A DNA stretch of 64,000 nucleotides from Salpingoeca rosetta (GCA_033442325.1 JAWQFM010000023.1:690410-754409), one strand, 5' to 3'; positions 1 through 25,923 are shown, numbered from the stretch's first letter. Numbers and translations: made by a program. Notes: generated from the letters alone by a model not told the origin.

Positions 1-81
1 CACACACACACACACACACACGCACACACACACAAACACACACACATCTCCACCACACAAGACACCACGCATCACATTTAG

Positions 82-1180
82 GTGGTGTCGCGTATGCCCA
101 CGCAGCCAACACCGTGGTACGAGCGGCTGAGCGTGCGGCCACCCCCGGTTGAGTGGTACGACGACAACTGTACCCACACCCCAACACTCAACGCAAGAAG
201 CCGGGCCCTGGCCAAGCACCGACGCGAGTCGCCAGCCAGACCACAACAACAGAACACACCCTCACCCACAACATCGGCGTCGTCCACCATCGCAACCACG
301 TCCGCAACAGCCAGAACAATCACAACAACCACAACAACTACACCAGCAACCACACCAGCAACCACACCAGCAACAACCATATCTACCACAATAGCAACAA
401 CAACAACAACAACAACAGTCGCAACAGCAGCTACGGCTGCTGCCACCATCCTCACAGAACCTCTGCCGCCAGTGCACGCGTCGCCTTCGCCCTCTCTGTC
501 GCCTTCGCGTGTGCTGCAGGTGCCGGCCATCACCGTGCCTGCACCGCCGGGAAGCCCACGCATCGCCTCCATCAAGCCATCATCACCACCACCAACCTCC
601 CCCACAGCATCCACAGCAACACTCAAGCGGTCCACATCGCTGCCCGCGTCGCCATCAAGGCCGCAAGTCGGCAGAGCACCAGGCTCGCCACGATCACCAC
701 GGTCTCTGGCTCGGCGCGTCGGCGCATCACCGCAGCCAGCACGACGCTCGCCCGGCCCACGCCGCAGCCGCAGCCGCAACCTCGACGGCGAGGAGCACTT
801 CACCTTCCGCCCGCGCATCAGCTCTGCCAGCCGTCGGCTCGCCGGCCGCCGCACCAACGGGTACTTGGAGGCGCGTCGCCAGTCCAACTTGGAGCGCATT
901 GTCAAGGAGGCCAAGGCCGAGGAGGTGTTCCAGCCCCGGCTCAACAAGCGGTCTGCACAGCTCGTCACGTCGTCGTTCTTCGAACGCCAACAGCAGTTCC
1001 TGCACCGCAAAGCGGAGCTACAGGCTGTCAGCGACCTGTACCGGCTTGAGAGCGAGCAGAAGATGCACCGTCGCTCGCCCCCGGTTCGCATCGCCCCGCT
1101 TCCACCACCGCACGCACCAGCCGCATCCACGCACCAAGAGCACGCTGATGCCGGCCACCTCCACTCACCAACCCCAACCG

Positions 1181-1211
<31 letters not shown>

Positions 1212-2563
1212 GACTACGACAGCGGGCAGGGGATTGCGCAGCCCACAGCGTCGCATCGCTGCCGTTGTTCGCCGAGACAAGCTGGCAGCAAAGGCCAAGC
1301 AACAGCAGCAACTGCTCCAACACCACCAGCACACACGCGCCACCAATACATCAAAGAATGGTGGTGGCGGCGGCGGTGGTGGTGTATCCCCGAGCAAGCG
1401 CACGGCTTTAGTTCGCCTGCGCCGCCCGCGCTCTGCCGGTGGAGCGGTTGGTGACTCAGCACAGCGCAACAAACGAGGTGGAGGAGGAGGAGGAAGAGGA
1501 GTGGGAGGACTTGAGGAAGGACAGCATGCTGATCAGATGGTTCGTCCGGCCACGGCCTCCAGTGCCCTCATTCGCCGCCGCACCCCGTCCGCAACACCGA
1601 AACCCCGCGCCCTGCGCAGAACACACTCCGGTGCGACCACGTGTTTGTGTGTTGGAGATGAGCGTTTGTGATAGTGCGTTGTGTTGTGTTGTGTTGTGTT
1701 GTGTTGTGTTGTGTTGTGTTGTGTTGTGTTGTGTTGTGTTGTGTTGTGTTGTGTTGTGTTGTGTGGGTTGTGTTGTGTTGTGTGTGTGGTGTGGTGTGGT
1801 GTATTGGGTTGTGTTGTGTCGTGTGGGGTTTGTACATGTTAATGTGCCACAGCTTCTTGAACCCCACCACGATCTTTTCGTCTCACCACCCTCATCATGT
1901 TATCAACAACAACAACGCCGACAACAACACCAGTTGCGTGTGCGCGGCCAACGGAGCACAGGGAGCGAACGATGTGCAGCCCAACACAGGAATCGCAGCA
2001 CCTCGTGTCAGACCTGCTCTCCCCACGCACCACCACCTCCTCCGACAGCAGCGCCAGCAACAACAGTAGTAGTGGTGGCGGCGGTGGGACGCCAACGAGA
2101 CGTGCCAGGCCTGCAGAGATGGGAGGAAGAACAACCCCAACAGGAAAGTCATCAAAGCCGCGATCAAAGCCACCATGCATCAACCAAGGTGAGGGTCTTG
2201 TGTGTGTGTGTGTGTGTATGTCTGTATGTGTGTGTGTGTGTGTGTGTGCATGCGTATGTATGTGTGTGTATGCGTGTGTATGTGTATGTGCATGCGTGTA
2301 TGTGTATGTGCATGCGTGTTTGACAAACGCGAAATCTCACCACAATCACGTTGCATCACACAATGACAACAATCGCAATCACGTCACAACCCGCATTACC
2401 ACCCAGAACGACTGCGTGATCTGCATGCAGCGCGTGAGGCGCGGGCAGCGGCGGTGGCGGCCGCGAAGAAGAAGAACGTGTTCACCATCTGCGGGCGCTA
2501 CCAGGACCTGCGCAACGCCCTTGAACAGCGAGGATGGGTCGAAAAGCTTCCCCCACGCGAACG

Positions 2564-2647
<84 letters not shown>

Positions 2648-4637
2648 CGTGTGTGTGTGTGTTGGTTGTTGGTGTTTCGTTTGTGTCTTGTCATGAGTAT
2701 GGATATGCATTCCTTTCAACTTGCCTGTGATCATTCCACGAGCTTACAACACTTCCTCTCCTCCTTCCTTCTTTCCTTCCTTCTTGTCAGCCGGCCTTGG
2801 TGCGAATGACGACTGCAGTGGACTGCGCATCCGCACAGAGGCGGAGATGAACAAGAAAAAGGCGCAGCTGCAGAAGCGCGCGGAAAAGGAAGGATTCGAC
2901 CTGTCCGCTTCCAACAGTGTGGATGTTTTTTCCGGCTCTGAAGAGCCCGCAGATCGCGCGCTCGTCTCCCGCGCCCTCGGCGAATTCCCCGCCAACTTCA
3001 TTTGGTCAGTGTGTGCGTGCGCATGTGTGTCTGTGTCTGTGTCTGTGTCTGTGTCTGTGTCTATGTGTCTGTGTCTGTGTGCCTTTGTCATTGTGTGTAT
3101 GTTGTGCAGGAGGTTGATTGGCCTATGGCGGTCACTTGACACACTACTTTTGCGGCACGTACACTTATTCACGACTCACACGCGAATGCGCGCGCTCATC
3201 ATGTGTAACACCCAACCAGGACGTGCCATCGTGCCGACGTTGATTTCCGCACGCTGAAGCCGGGGCAGTCTGTGAACCATTTCAAGTGCAATGGAAACAT
3301 CACCACCAAGTTTGGGCTCGCTGCCTCCCTCACAAACGTTCAATGGACGTCAAATCGTGACGAAGACGAGTTTTATCCACGCTGCTACTTCATATCCAGG
3401 TGCGTGTGCTTGTGTGTGTGTGTGTGAATGTGTGTGTGTGCGCTTGTGTGTGTGTGAATGTGTGTGTGTGTTGTGTGAATGTGTGCGTGTGTGTGCGTGT
3501 GCGTCTGATTGAAGAGCTCTTGCACCAATGACTGAACGCTTGAATCACACCATCGCAACGCCACGTGGATCCCACATCAATTTCACCATCCCCATCGTAC
3601 TACCACCACTACCAATAACACCATACCTTGCTTCTTCTCCCCTACCCCCCCCCCACCTTGACCGCAGTGAGGATGACTTTGTTGCGTTTGTGCGGGACTA
3701 CCGTCTCAAGGCCGCCGTGTCTGTGCTCAAGCGCATCAACGAGTGGTCTCCGCCAAGACAGATCTTCGACTTTGCGCTCGCGGTGCGTGTGCATGCGTGC
3801 ATCGTGTGCGTGCACAAGTGCGTGTGGATACATGGATGATACTCAGCTCACGGTGCATCAGCTCATGTCCTCACACATCGTGACACATCACCACACACAA
3901 CAGCATTGCCAGCGACACATCGACATGCTGCAGCATTTGGATTTGGATGAACGTCTTCCTTCCCCCACAGACATTGAGTTTGAGACGCTGTTGCAGGTGC
4001 GGCTGTGCTGTGTTCTTTTGTGATCCCTCATCACCACATGGCGAGTGGTTTCTTTGCATGCATGCACTGCCCATGTTGCACGTCGAGTTTGATGGTGTCC
4101 TTCACGGTGTCAGCACACCAGCCTGCGCCACCCGCGATTGTTTGCTTGTCGTTCTTCTCACCATCAATGTCGCGCGTGCTCCCATCAATTCATTCAATTC
4201 TCCAGTTCACCTACGAGAAGCTTGGGTGTGCAAATGCAAGTCGGAGCATCAACGAAGAAGAAGTCAGACACTCAAACCGCGCTTGCTCTGCTGCTTGCAT
4301 GCCAGGCCGCTTTTGGTTGTGCCATGCTTGTTTTCCTCTCCACACATGCCATCTTGCCACCACCTCACACCACGTCACGTCACATCACACCGCAACTGCA
4401 GCCGGAAGCATGCTCCTCATCCGATGATGACACAGATGACGATGGTGACGAGGATGATGATGACGATGACAATGATGATGATTCTGATTCTGATGATGAG
4501 GATGAACGGAAGAAAGCGCCGGTACCAAAGACAAAGAAGAAGGCGGTAAATCGCGCAGCGGCAACTGTATCTGCTTCGTCTCGCCGCGCCCTGCACCGTC
4601 TCGTCAGGTCGGCGTCGCTGTTGCTTTCCTTGTGTGT

Positions 4638-4721
<84 letters not shown>

Positions 4722-6948
4722 CTCTGTGTGTGTGTCTGTGTGCTGGCGAGTTTTTTTTTTTTTTGTTTTCTTGTGCCCACCCTGCAGTACCTGTTCTGCT
4801 TGCTCTTTCCCCCCACCTTTGTTCTGTCGGTGGCTCATACAACGTTGATGCCTGCCCATTGCTTGCTGCTTGTATGCTTCACGTCACACCATACCACCGC
4901 AACGCTTCAGGCGGTTCACGGACGGGGGCATGCTGCAATCGGCGCGCGAACGCGTGGCGGCCATGATGAAATCGCCCGTGGCCGTCACCCCGAGCGCACG
5001 TGCAAATGCGGAGCGCATTCTGCAAGAACTTGCCGCCGTTGATCCACAGCTGCAGGCGTCTGGCTTCCGAAACGTCTGGGTGGTGCGTCGTTTCATTTGT
5101 TTGTTTGTTTGTTTGTTTGTTTGTTTGTTTGTTTGTTTGTTTGTTTGTTTGTTTGTTTGTTTGTTTGTTTGTTTGTTTGTTTGTTTGTTTGTTTGTTTGT
5201 TTGTGGAAGGGTTGTATTGCTTCTTTTGTCCTTTTATGTGTTCGTGGCGTCTCACAACACACACACACATGCACACACACACACACATGCACACACACAC
5301 ACACATGCACACACACGCATGCACGCACACGCATGCACACCATCACAACCTTGCAGGTGAAGCCTGCTGCCAAGTCGCGTGGGCGCGGCATCTTCTGCGA
5401 GAATCGCCTTGATTTCATTCTGCCGATTGTCGTGGACGGGTCATCACGGGAGCGCTGGGTTGCGCAGAAGTACATTGAGCGCCCACTCTTGATCCACAAC
5501 ACCAAGTTCGATATCCGCCAGTGGGTCGTTGTCACGAGCTGGCTGCCGCTGACAGTGTGGATGTACCGTGACTGCTACCTCAGGTCGGTTTGATTTGCTT
5601 TTGGTTGGGATTTGATTCGGATGCGAGTGTTGATTTGCTCCGCTTCGCTCATATTGCGTTGTTTTACTCCGTATTGTTTTTGTTTGCTCGGTATTGCTTT
5701 GCGCTACGCCGCTATGCCACTGCTTGACACGTGGCGGCACGACACCCTGTGCCTTCTCCACTTGGTGAACATGCTGCTCATGTGCTGACACTGTTCTTGC
5801 TCTGTGCAGGTTCAGCAGCGTGCCGTTTGACCTCGACAATCTGCACACGAAGGAGAGCAAGCACGTGCACTTGTGCAACAACAGCATCCAGAAGGTGGCT
5901 GTATCCACCGCAACGTCCACGTTTGCACCAGGGTGCATGTGGAGCAGCGATGAGTTCAAGTCGTTCCTCGATCAGCAGGTGCGGCAGAGCCGTGAGCTGG
6001 TGACGGCGTGATCATGGCTGCGGTGCTGTATGTATGCCTCTTCGACGTTCTGATCTTGCACACACCCACTGAAAGTGTGTTGTGGTTTGCACCACGTCAT
6101 GCTGTTGTATTTCACCTCTTCTCAAGTCACTGTGTCTCATGGCCTTGCATGACATTGCATATGATGACATTGCATTGTATTCACGTGCTTATCTTTTGCT
6201 GCCCATGCCACACAACCTCTCCCTCTTTTGCGTCGTGTCGTGCCGTGTGGTTGTGACATGTCCTCAGGGCCAAGGGTCGGTGTGGGACGAGATGATCGTT
6301 CCGCAAATGAAGGAGATTGCGATTGCATCGCTGGCATCTGCACAGGACAGCGCAGAGACGCGCAAGCACAGCTTTGAGCTCTTTGGCTTTGACTACATGA
6401 TCGACGCTGAGAACAAGGTGTGGCTGGTGGAGATCAATTCGAGCCCGGACCTGAGTCACAGCACAGCCGTCACATCGCAGCTGGTGGAGAACATGTTCGA
6501 GGACATGGTCAAACTGGTTGTGGATCGGCGCACCAACCGAAAATGCGACACCGGGTGAGTGCGTGGTTGCGTGGATGAGTAGGTGAGTGGGTGCGAGGGT
6601 GAGTAGGTAGGAGAGTATGACTTTGTAAGCGCTGTTTCCTTCAAACTCTTGTGTTTTGTACACGCCTGTGAATGATGGCGCACGCCTGTGAATGATGGTG
6701 TACGCCTGTGAATGCTGACATTCTCCTCCCAACTCCCACATGCGCACGCGCACACACACACACGTGCACGTGATCACTGACCCACGTTTCCCGCTTTATG
6801 TTGTTTCGCTTTTCTCATGAAGAGGGTTTGAGCGGATATTCCGGGGTCCAGCTGTTGATTCGCCGCTCGGCGCCATGTCGCGCGACATCTTCATCGAAGG
6901 CACCCAGATCACGTGCGTGCTTGGCGGCATGGAGCGTGTGATTGCGGT

Positions 6949-7012
<64 letters not shown>

Positions 7013-7645
7013 GCTGTTGTTGCTGCTGCTGTTGTTGTTGTTGTTCTTGTTCTTGTTCTTGTTGTTGTTGTTGTAGTTGTTCTTGTTGTAGTTGTAGTTG
7101 TTGTTCTTCTTGTTCTTCTTCTTCTTCTTCTTCTTGTTCTTCTTCTTCTTCTTCTTCTTCTTGTTCTTGTTCTTCTTCTTCTTCTTCTTCTTCTTGTTCT
7201 TCTTCTTCTTCTTCTTCTTCTTCTTCTTCTTCTTCTTCTTCTTGTTCTTATTGTTCTTCTTGTTCTTCTTCTTCTTCTTCTTCTTCTTCTTCTTCTTCTT
7301 CTTCTTCTTCTTCTTCTTGTACCTTCGGTGCAGCTGACCCTTTCGCTACTGCCCTCACGCAGTTCCCTTCGTGTTGTCTGAGTCATTCATTTTACTGACA
7401 CATGTTCGTCCCCCCCTCCCTCCCTACCGGCACCATGCAGGAGGAAGAGGATGGCCAACCCGTCACATCTCTCGCGGCTCTCGCGCCGGCGCGCGTCCAC
7501 CTCTAATCTTGAGGTGGGAAACGGCAAGAGCACAAAGCGAGGCGCTAATGCCGCTACCCCTACAAAGGCAGGCCTCACCAGCCCCCGCCACCAGACATCA
7601 GACCCGCAGCTGTCAGTTCGTCGCCTCGCCGCATCCATCGTGTAG
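82..7645 (+). CDS. TTLL3: Tubulin monoglycylase, TTLL3/TTLL8 family, multi-exon, probably 5'-incomplete
   Basis: Phase-compatible exons (82-1630, 1934-2188, 2407-~2562, ~2791-3004, ~3220-3398, further exons through ~6912, last exon 7441-7645) encode [91 protein letters not shown] and [25 protein letters not shown]. These are TTL-domain motifs of the glycylase clade. The AG acceptor at 80-81 follows a (CA)n intron. Stop TAG at 7643-7645. Confidence 0.92.
6661..6716. repeat. Intronic 20-bp minisatellite, about 3 copies
   Basis: cacgcctgtgaatgatggcg / cacgcctgtgaatgatggtg / tacgcctgtgaatgctga. Confidence 0.85.
6951..7320. repeat. Compound (GTT)n-(CTT)n triplet array in the last TTLL3 intron
   Basis: About 370 bp of GTT then CTT triplets inside intron 6913-7440 (GT...AG, phase 2). 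Confidence 0.95.
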
Positions 7646-8082
7646 GCGACCAAACCCACCGTGCTGGACCAGTCAACCAACCACCTCATCGAATCTTGTC
7701 TTGTCTTGCATGTGCCTTTGCACGCATGCCTACCCACTTGGCCCTGTTACCCTTGCTTTTTCTATTTTGCCCGTTGCGTTCACAACACCCGAGTATGTAT
7801 TGTGCGATTGTAATGGTATTGATTGTACGTGTTCATTGTGCTGTCTCGCACACGCACCCCACAAGTTACCGATGGGTGTGGTGCCACCCTGATCATCATG
7901 CATGCTCAACCCAGATGGTGCGATCAAGTAAACTTTCACGTTGACATACACGACAAGAAGCAAGCATTGCGACGTGTTACGGACGATGTGGCGTGGAGGC
8001 TGTGTTGCGGAGGGCACATTGCTTTGCCTGCGATGGAAGGTGTTTCGTCGTGGGTGCTTTGCCGTGGCCGTGGTGCTCGTGA

Positions 8083-13235
<5,153 letters not shown>

Positions 13236-13395
13236 TGCGGAATGCGAGCAGAGGTGAGGAGGTGAGGTAGTGACCGCGAGCGTGGAAATGAGTGGGGTTG
13301 GTGTTGTATGAGCTGGTTCTTGTTTGAGTGTTTAGTCAAAGTGTCATTGCAGGCAGGAGGCAGGCAGGTGTTTGCACGCAGCTTCACTGCTGTGG

Positions 13396-13407
13396 TTTTG
13401 GCGGGAA
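13396..13407. promoter_or_regulatory. Candidate E2F/DP site (TTTTGGCGGGAA) about 165 bp upstream of the SHOC1-like start
   Basis: Matches the E2F GGCGGGAA consensus. Position fits a proximal promoter. Motif match only. Confidence 0.3.
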
Positions 13408-13937
13408 TTTTTTTTTTGTTGTACGAAGTGGGTGGGTTGGTGACAAGTGTCAGACTGGCAGAAGTCGCAAGAACGCATGGAAAACAAGAAAACGAGACCA
13501 GGGAACCATCACATCGAACCAGAACAGGAAGGATCCCACGAAAGTGTACCCAATGCTGTGTGCTGGGGCGTGGTGGGCTCGTGGAAACGTGAAGTCAAGC
13601 AGGAGTCAAGGGCACTCAAGTGAGGCCGTGCACGTGAAACGCCCAGCAATGACTACAACAAAGGTGCCACGTTGTAGAAGTGAAAAAAACATCAAATTCA
13701 AAACGGTGGTCAGTGATCTCAAACAAAGGCAAGAGCTGGAAGTTGCTACGGGCGAGGGCATCGGCTGATGCAACCACGAACGGCACAGCAACGAGCAGCA
13801 AACGACTCGCTCCAAGAAGAAAACGACGTGTAGAACAGCAGCGAAGCGAGCAGACGTTATTGAGCGGGAGTGAGAGAAGCATTCCAAAACCGCCAAAGGC
13901 GAAAGGAAAGAACAGCAGTACCATCGAAGTAGTTTGT

Positions 13938-15269
13938 TCACAGCTCAAGCCGATCACCCTTCGTGGGAGCCCTATTAGGAAGACGAAGCTGTTCTTCAGT
14001 GGGCAGGTCACCATAGATACCGCCATCTTCGCGCATCGTGATGCTGGTGGGTATCTTGGCACGGCAGTTGGGACAGGTGTCGTTTTTCAGTAGCCAAACC
14101 AGGAGGCAATCGAAATGGAAGACATGAAGGCACGGGGTGATAAACATGTCGTCGTTGTTGCCGCGCACCTCCTCCAAGCAAATACTGTCCGTGAAGCCGT
14201 GGAAGTAGATGCGCTCCTCCTTGCCGGCGGCGACGAACGCCTTGAACAGACGATGTAGATTGGTGTCCTCTGCCTTGTCGAAGCGGAACAGGTTGCGTAT
14301 GTACTTGACGAAGTCAAAGAGGTTGCGAATGCGCAGGCGTATGGGTTCACGCTCGGGCTGTTGGTCAATGGTGTCCACAATCTTCTTCACGAAGATTGAA
14401 CGGTCCTCAACCAGAAGATCATCAACCCTTTGCTTGCCGTGTATCTGGAGGCTGCCCACAAGGATGTGTTCAGGATCGAACAGCTTCAAAACGCGCTGGA
14501 ACGCTGGACTGTGGTTCTGCTTCAGATACTCCTCAACGTTCGGGTTTGGCTTTTCATAATGGGTGACGATGAGATACGCTGACTTGGTCCATTCCTTGCC
14601 CAGAAGAGCCGTGAAAAGACGCAGCTGCCGCTCTTCCTCCGAAGTGAGAATGTCGTGCTTGACCACAAGAATGGTGCAGGTCAGACCGACGCGGAAGTTG
14701 AAAATGATGTTGTACAAGTTGTCAATGACTTGCTTCCTTGTGAATCGCGGATCGGTGAGGCCGATGGTGTCGACGATGGCACGATCCTGCTTTGCAGAGA
14801 TGTAAGCGGTGACGGCGTCCGTGGTGCCGTTGGTACTCCCACAGTCAGCTGTGATGGCAGGGCTTCGGAGAGCCTCTTTGGTTGGGCTCTTGTTGAGCAA
14901 AGCATTGATGACAGTTGACTTGCCGACGCGAGAGCCTCCAACGATCAGGACGCGCTGCTTCCTGGCGTTGACAGTGTTGTGTTGTGGCTGTTTTGGTGAG
15001 GTGGAATCGTCAGGCCCCGAGTTGGCAGGCATCTGAATGCTCGCCCTTGCGATATCGTTTGGCACGCCAATTGAAGGAACCAAGTCTTCATCGCTCTCGT
15101 GTTCGTGTTGGTTCAGCGTGAATTCTTCCATGCCGTCGACGGCGCTTTCGGAAGATTGAACACTGCCCATGACAGTCAACAATGGCCTCTCTAATGAATG
15201 CGGTTCATCGGCATTGACGACCCGGTATGGGGCCTTTGTAGCCACATTCTTGGATTCGGACTGACCCAT
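13938..15269 (-). CDS. Intronless AIG1/GIMAP-like P-loop GTPase with C-terminal RING-H2 finger, 443 aa
   Basis: ATG in gcaaccATGg context gives MGQSES (MGxxxS). G1 GGSRVGKS, G3 DTIG, AIG1-like ILVVKHDILTSEEERQLRLFTALLGKEW...IVTHYE. RING: DSICLEE...PCLHVFHFDCLLVWLLKNDTCPNCR. Confidence 0.8.
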   Translation of the reverse strand: MGQSESKNVATKAPYRVVNADEPHSLERPLLTVMGSVQSSESAVDGMEEFTLNQHEHESDEDLVPSIGVPNDIARASIQMPANSGPDDSTSPKQPQHNTVNARKQRVLIVGGSRVGKSTVINALLNKSPTKEALRSPAITADCGSTNGTTDAVTAYISAKQDRAIVDTIGLTDPRFTRKQVIDNLYNIIFNFRVGLTCTILVVKHDILTSEEERQLRLFTALLGKEWTKSAYLIVTHYEKPNPNVEEYLKQNHSPAFQRVLKLFDPEHILVGSLQIHGKQRVDDLLVEDRSIFVKKIVDTIDQQPEREPIRLRIRNLFDFVKYIRNLFRFDKAEDTNLHRLFKAFVAAGKEERIYFHGFTDSICLEEVRGNNDDMFITPCLHVFHFDCLLVWLLKNDTCPNCRAKIPTSITMREDGGIYGDLPTEEQLRLPNRAPTKGDRLEL

Positions 15270-15872
15270 GGTTGCTTCGTTGCGCGCGTGTGTGCTGTTG
15301 CTCAGGAGCAGACGAGGCGTCCACTTGTTGCTGTATTGGAGGTATCCTGTGTCCTGCGATAGTGTCGGCAAAATGGATTTGCTGAGCTGTATCTCGGCTG
15401 TGACAGTGTCTCTGCGCTGTGTTGCTGGTGTGGGAAAATGAGCAACGCAGAAGAGAGAAGCAAGGGAAATCGAAAAGAAGCAAAGCAGGAAGAGGGAAGA
15501 ATAAGATAACACGAGAATGCCGTGCTGTCTGGCAAGACTAGCACAAAGTGCAGCAGCTTGTTTTGCGTTGTTGTTGGTCGTGGTTGCGGTTTTGCGATGT
15601 CCCAGCCCATGTGTGTCCTTGTGTGCGTGTGTGTGTTTTGTTTTGCAAAGGTGGTGTGAGATGTGACAGACGCTCGTAGGCTCGTGTGTGAGTCCTGTTG
15701 TCCACCAGACAGCCAGTCCTTTTGTTTTGTGCTGTCCGCTTTCCTGTTTTGTCAATGTAAATGCAGTCTGTGCACTTTGTCGTGTCGCCATCGACGTCTT
15801 CTGCTCATCAACAACAAACAAACAAACGTCCGCTCACACCCCCCACCCTCAACACCTCAACACCTCACCACC

Positions 15873-23599
<7,727 letters not shown>

Positions 23600-23994
23600 T
23601 GCAGAGCACACCCACACACCCACACACAGACACACACAGACACACAGACACACAGACACACACAGACACACACACAAAATGTCCGTTTGCGCTCTTCTGT
23701 GGTTGCACCCTTCCTCTGCTGTACATGATGGGGCCTGTGCTGTTTGCCCCGGCGTTGTCTCTGTTACCAGTCTCCTTCCTGTGTGGGCTGTGAAGTTGTC
23801 ACATGTCATTTCACACTTCAGTTGTACAAAACAATTCCCTTGTTGTTTGTTGCCTGCACGTTACATGCCAGCAAGAAACCAAACGAACACACACACACAG
23901 GGTGTTCGAATCTATCTCGTTTACTTGGTGATGTGACAAAAACAGATGGAAATGACGATCAGGGCAATGCCACAGTTGTTGACGACATACACGA

Positions 23995-24029
<35 letters not shown>

Positions 24030-24083
24030 CACACACACACACACACACACTAACACAAAGACATGAACATCTGCGCAAGCGAG

Positions 24084-25871
24084 CTACTTGAGAGGAGCCA
24101 TGCCCAGTTTTGCGCGGAGTGCGTTCATCTCTGCAATTTCGTCCTCGGGTGTCTGCTCGCCACAAGACAGACACGGCGACGCAGCAAACGATGTGAGAGA
24201 AGCAGAGTAAAGCAAAAAAGCAAGCAGCAGGGGGCGCGTACTCATAGAACAGCAACGACGACAACAACAACACAACACCATCACGACCAACAAGCAACCC
24301 ACCTTTGCGGTGTCCTTGCTGCCTTCCGCCTCGCTGTCCTTGTCACGCTTCTTCTTTTTCTTCTTCTTTGAGTCCTTCTGCCCTTTAAACCGCAGGCGGT
24401 GCGATCCAGAGCCACCGGAGGATGCGCTGCTCTCAGCCCTTCAAACACACGCACACGCACACATGTGAGCATTACTTGTAACGGGAATGGTGACGTTGTG
24501 TCACGGTGCATGTGATGTGACACCCACACACCCACCCACACATGNNNNNNNNNNNNNNNNNNNNNNNNNNNNNNNNNNNNNNNNNNNNNNNNNNNNNNNN
24601 NNNNNNNNNNNNNNNNNNNNNNNNNNNNNNNNNNNNNNNNNNNNCTACCCCCCACCCCCCACCACACCACCACACCACCACCACCCACCACACCACCACA
24701 CCACCCACCACACACACACACACAGCGCATCACCACTCACGGTTTGCGAGCGGATGACGACGATGACGGTGCTGTTTCTTCATCACGAGTGCGGCGCTCA
24801 CTCTCCACAACCCTCCTCTCTCTCTCATCATCACCACCATCACGCCGTGAAGGCGACGGCGACCGTGATCGACGTCGTTCACTCTCCCGTTCTCTGCTCC
24901 CATCGCGCTCCCCACGGCTGTAGCGCTCACGACCGTACCTGCGCCCCCTGTCCCGGCTCCTGCTCCTGCTCCTGCTGCGTCTGCGTGTGCGTGTGCGATC
25001 TGACGGCGAAATGCTGCGATCGCGCGAGTCACGGTGGCGACGGTGACGGCGGCGGTCATCGTAGTCGTCATCATCGTGGCGGCGTGAGCGCCTGTCACGG
25101 TCACGATCACGATGGTAGCGGCGGCTGTATCGATCACGGTCGTCGTAGTCGTCATGATCATGACTTCGGCTGCGGCTGCGGTGTCGCCTCCTCGTCCGGC
25201 TGTCGCTGCGCCCAGACCGATCACGATCACGATCACGATCACGATCACGATCACGATCACGATCACGATCACGATCACGATCACGATCACGATCACGATC
25301 ACGATCACGATCACGATCACGACCTCTGCTGCTGCTTCTGCTGCGATGCCGGCCGCCGCGCTCCCTGCTGCGGCTGTGGCTGCGGCTGCGGCTGCGTCTC
25401 GGGGAACGCGATGGTGATCGGCGGCGATGATGATGACGATCACTCTCATCACCGCTGCCATCACCACCGGTCCTGCCCTCTTCCTCGTCCTCTTCGCCCT
25501 CTTCCTCGTCCTCCTCTGCCTTTCGCTTCTGCGCGTCACCACCATCACCACCCCCACTACCGGTTGTGTCTTCTTCTCCTCCTCCTCCTGTTCCTGCTGC
25601 TGCTGCTGCCTGCAGCTCGCCCTCAAAGTCGTCGAGTTCGTCCTCGAGCAGCGAGCGCCGCGGCTCAAGCTCGTCGTTCACCTCAAGCGCATACCGCTTC
25701 TGCAAGAGGTGGGGCGAGTGCATGTGTGTACGTGAGGGAGGGAGAATGTGTGTGTGTGTGTGTGTGTGCAAGTGAGTGAGTGAGTGAGTGAGTGAGTGAG
25801 TGAGTGAGTGAGTGAGTGAGTGAGTGAGTGAGTGAGTGAGTGAGTGAGTGAGTGAGTGAGTGAGTGAGTGA

Positions 25872-25923
<52 letters not shown>

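Noticed and set aside
6661-6720. 20-bp repeat as a CRISPR-like array or C/D snoRNA
   Set aside because: No spacers and no proper RUGAUGA box; an ordinary minisatellite.
6796-7398. Poly-R/T, poly-V/L, poly-C/S and poly-F ORFs
   Set aside because: Translations of an intronic (GTT)/(CTT) array; the flanking TTLL3 exons join in frame.
15270-15821. N-terminal extension of the 627-aa ORF of the GTPase-RING gene
   Set aside because: UTR- or promoter-like low-complexity sequence; the ATG at 15269 has good context and creates a myristoylation motif.
24063-24371. Plus-strand ORF (LLERSHAQF...) as a final RasGAP exon
   Set aside because: It overlaps the minus-strand PRP38A terminal exons, which have clean splice phases.
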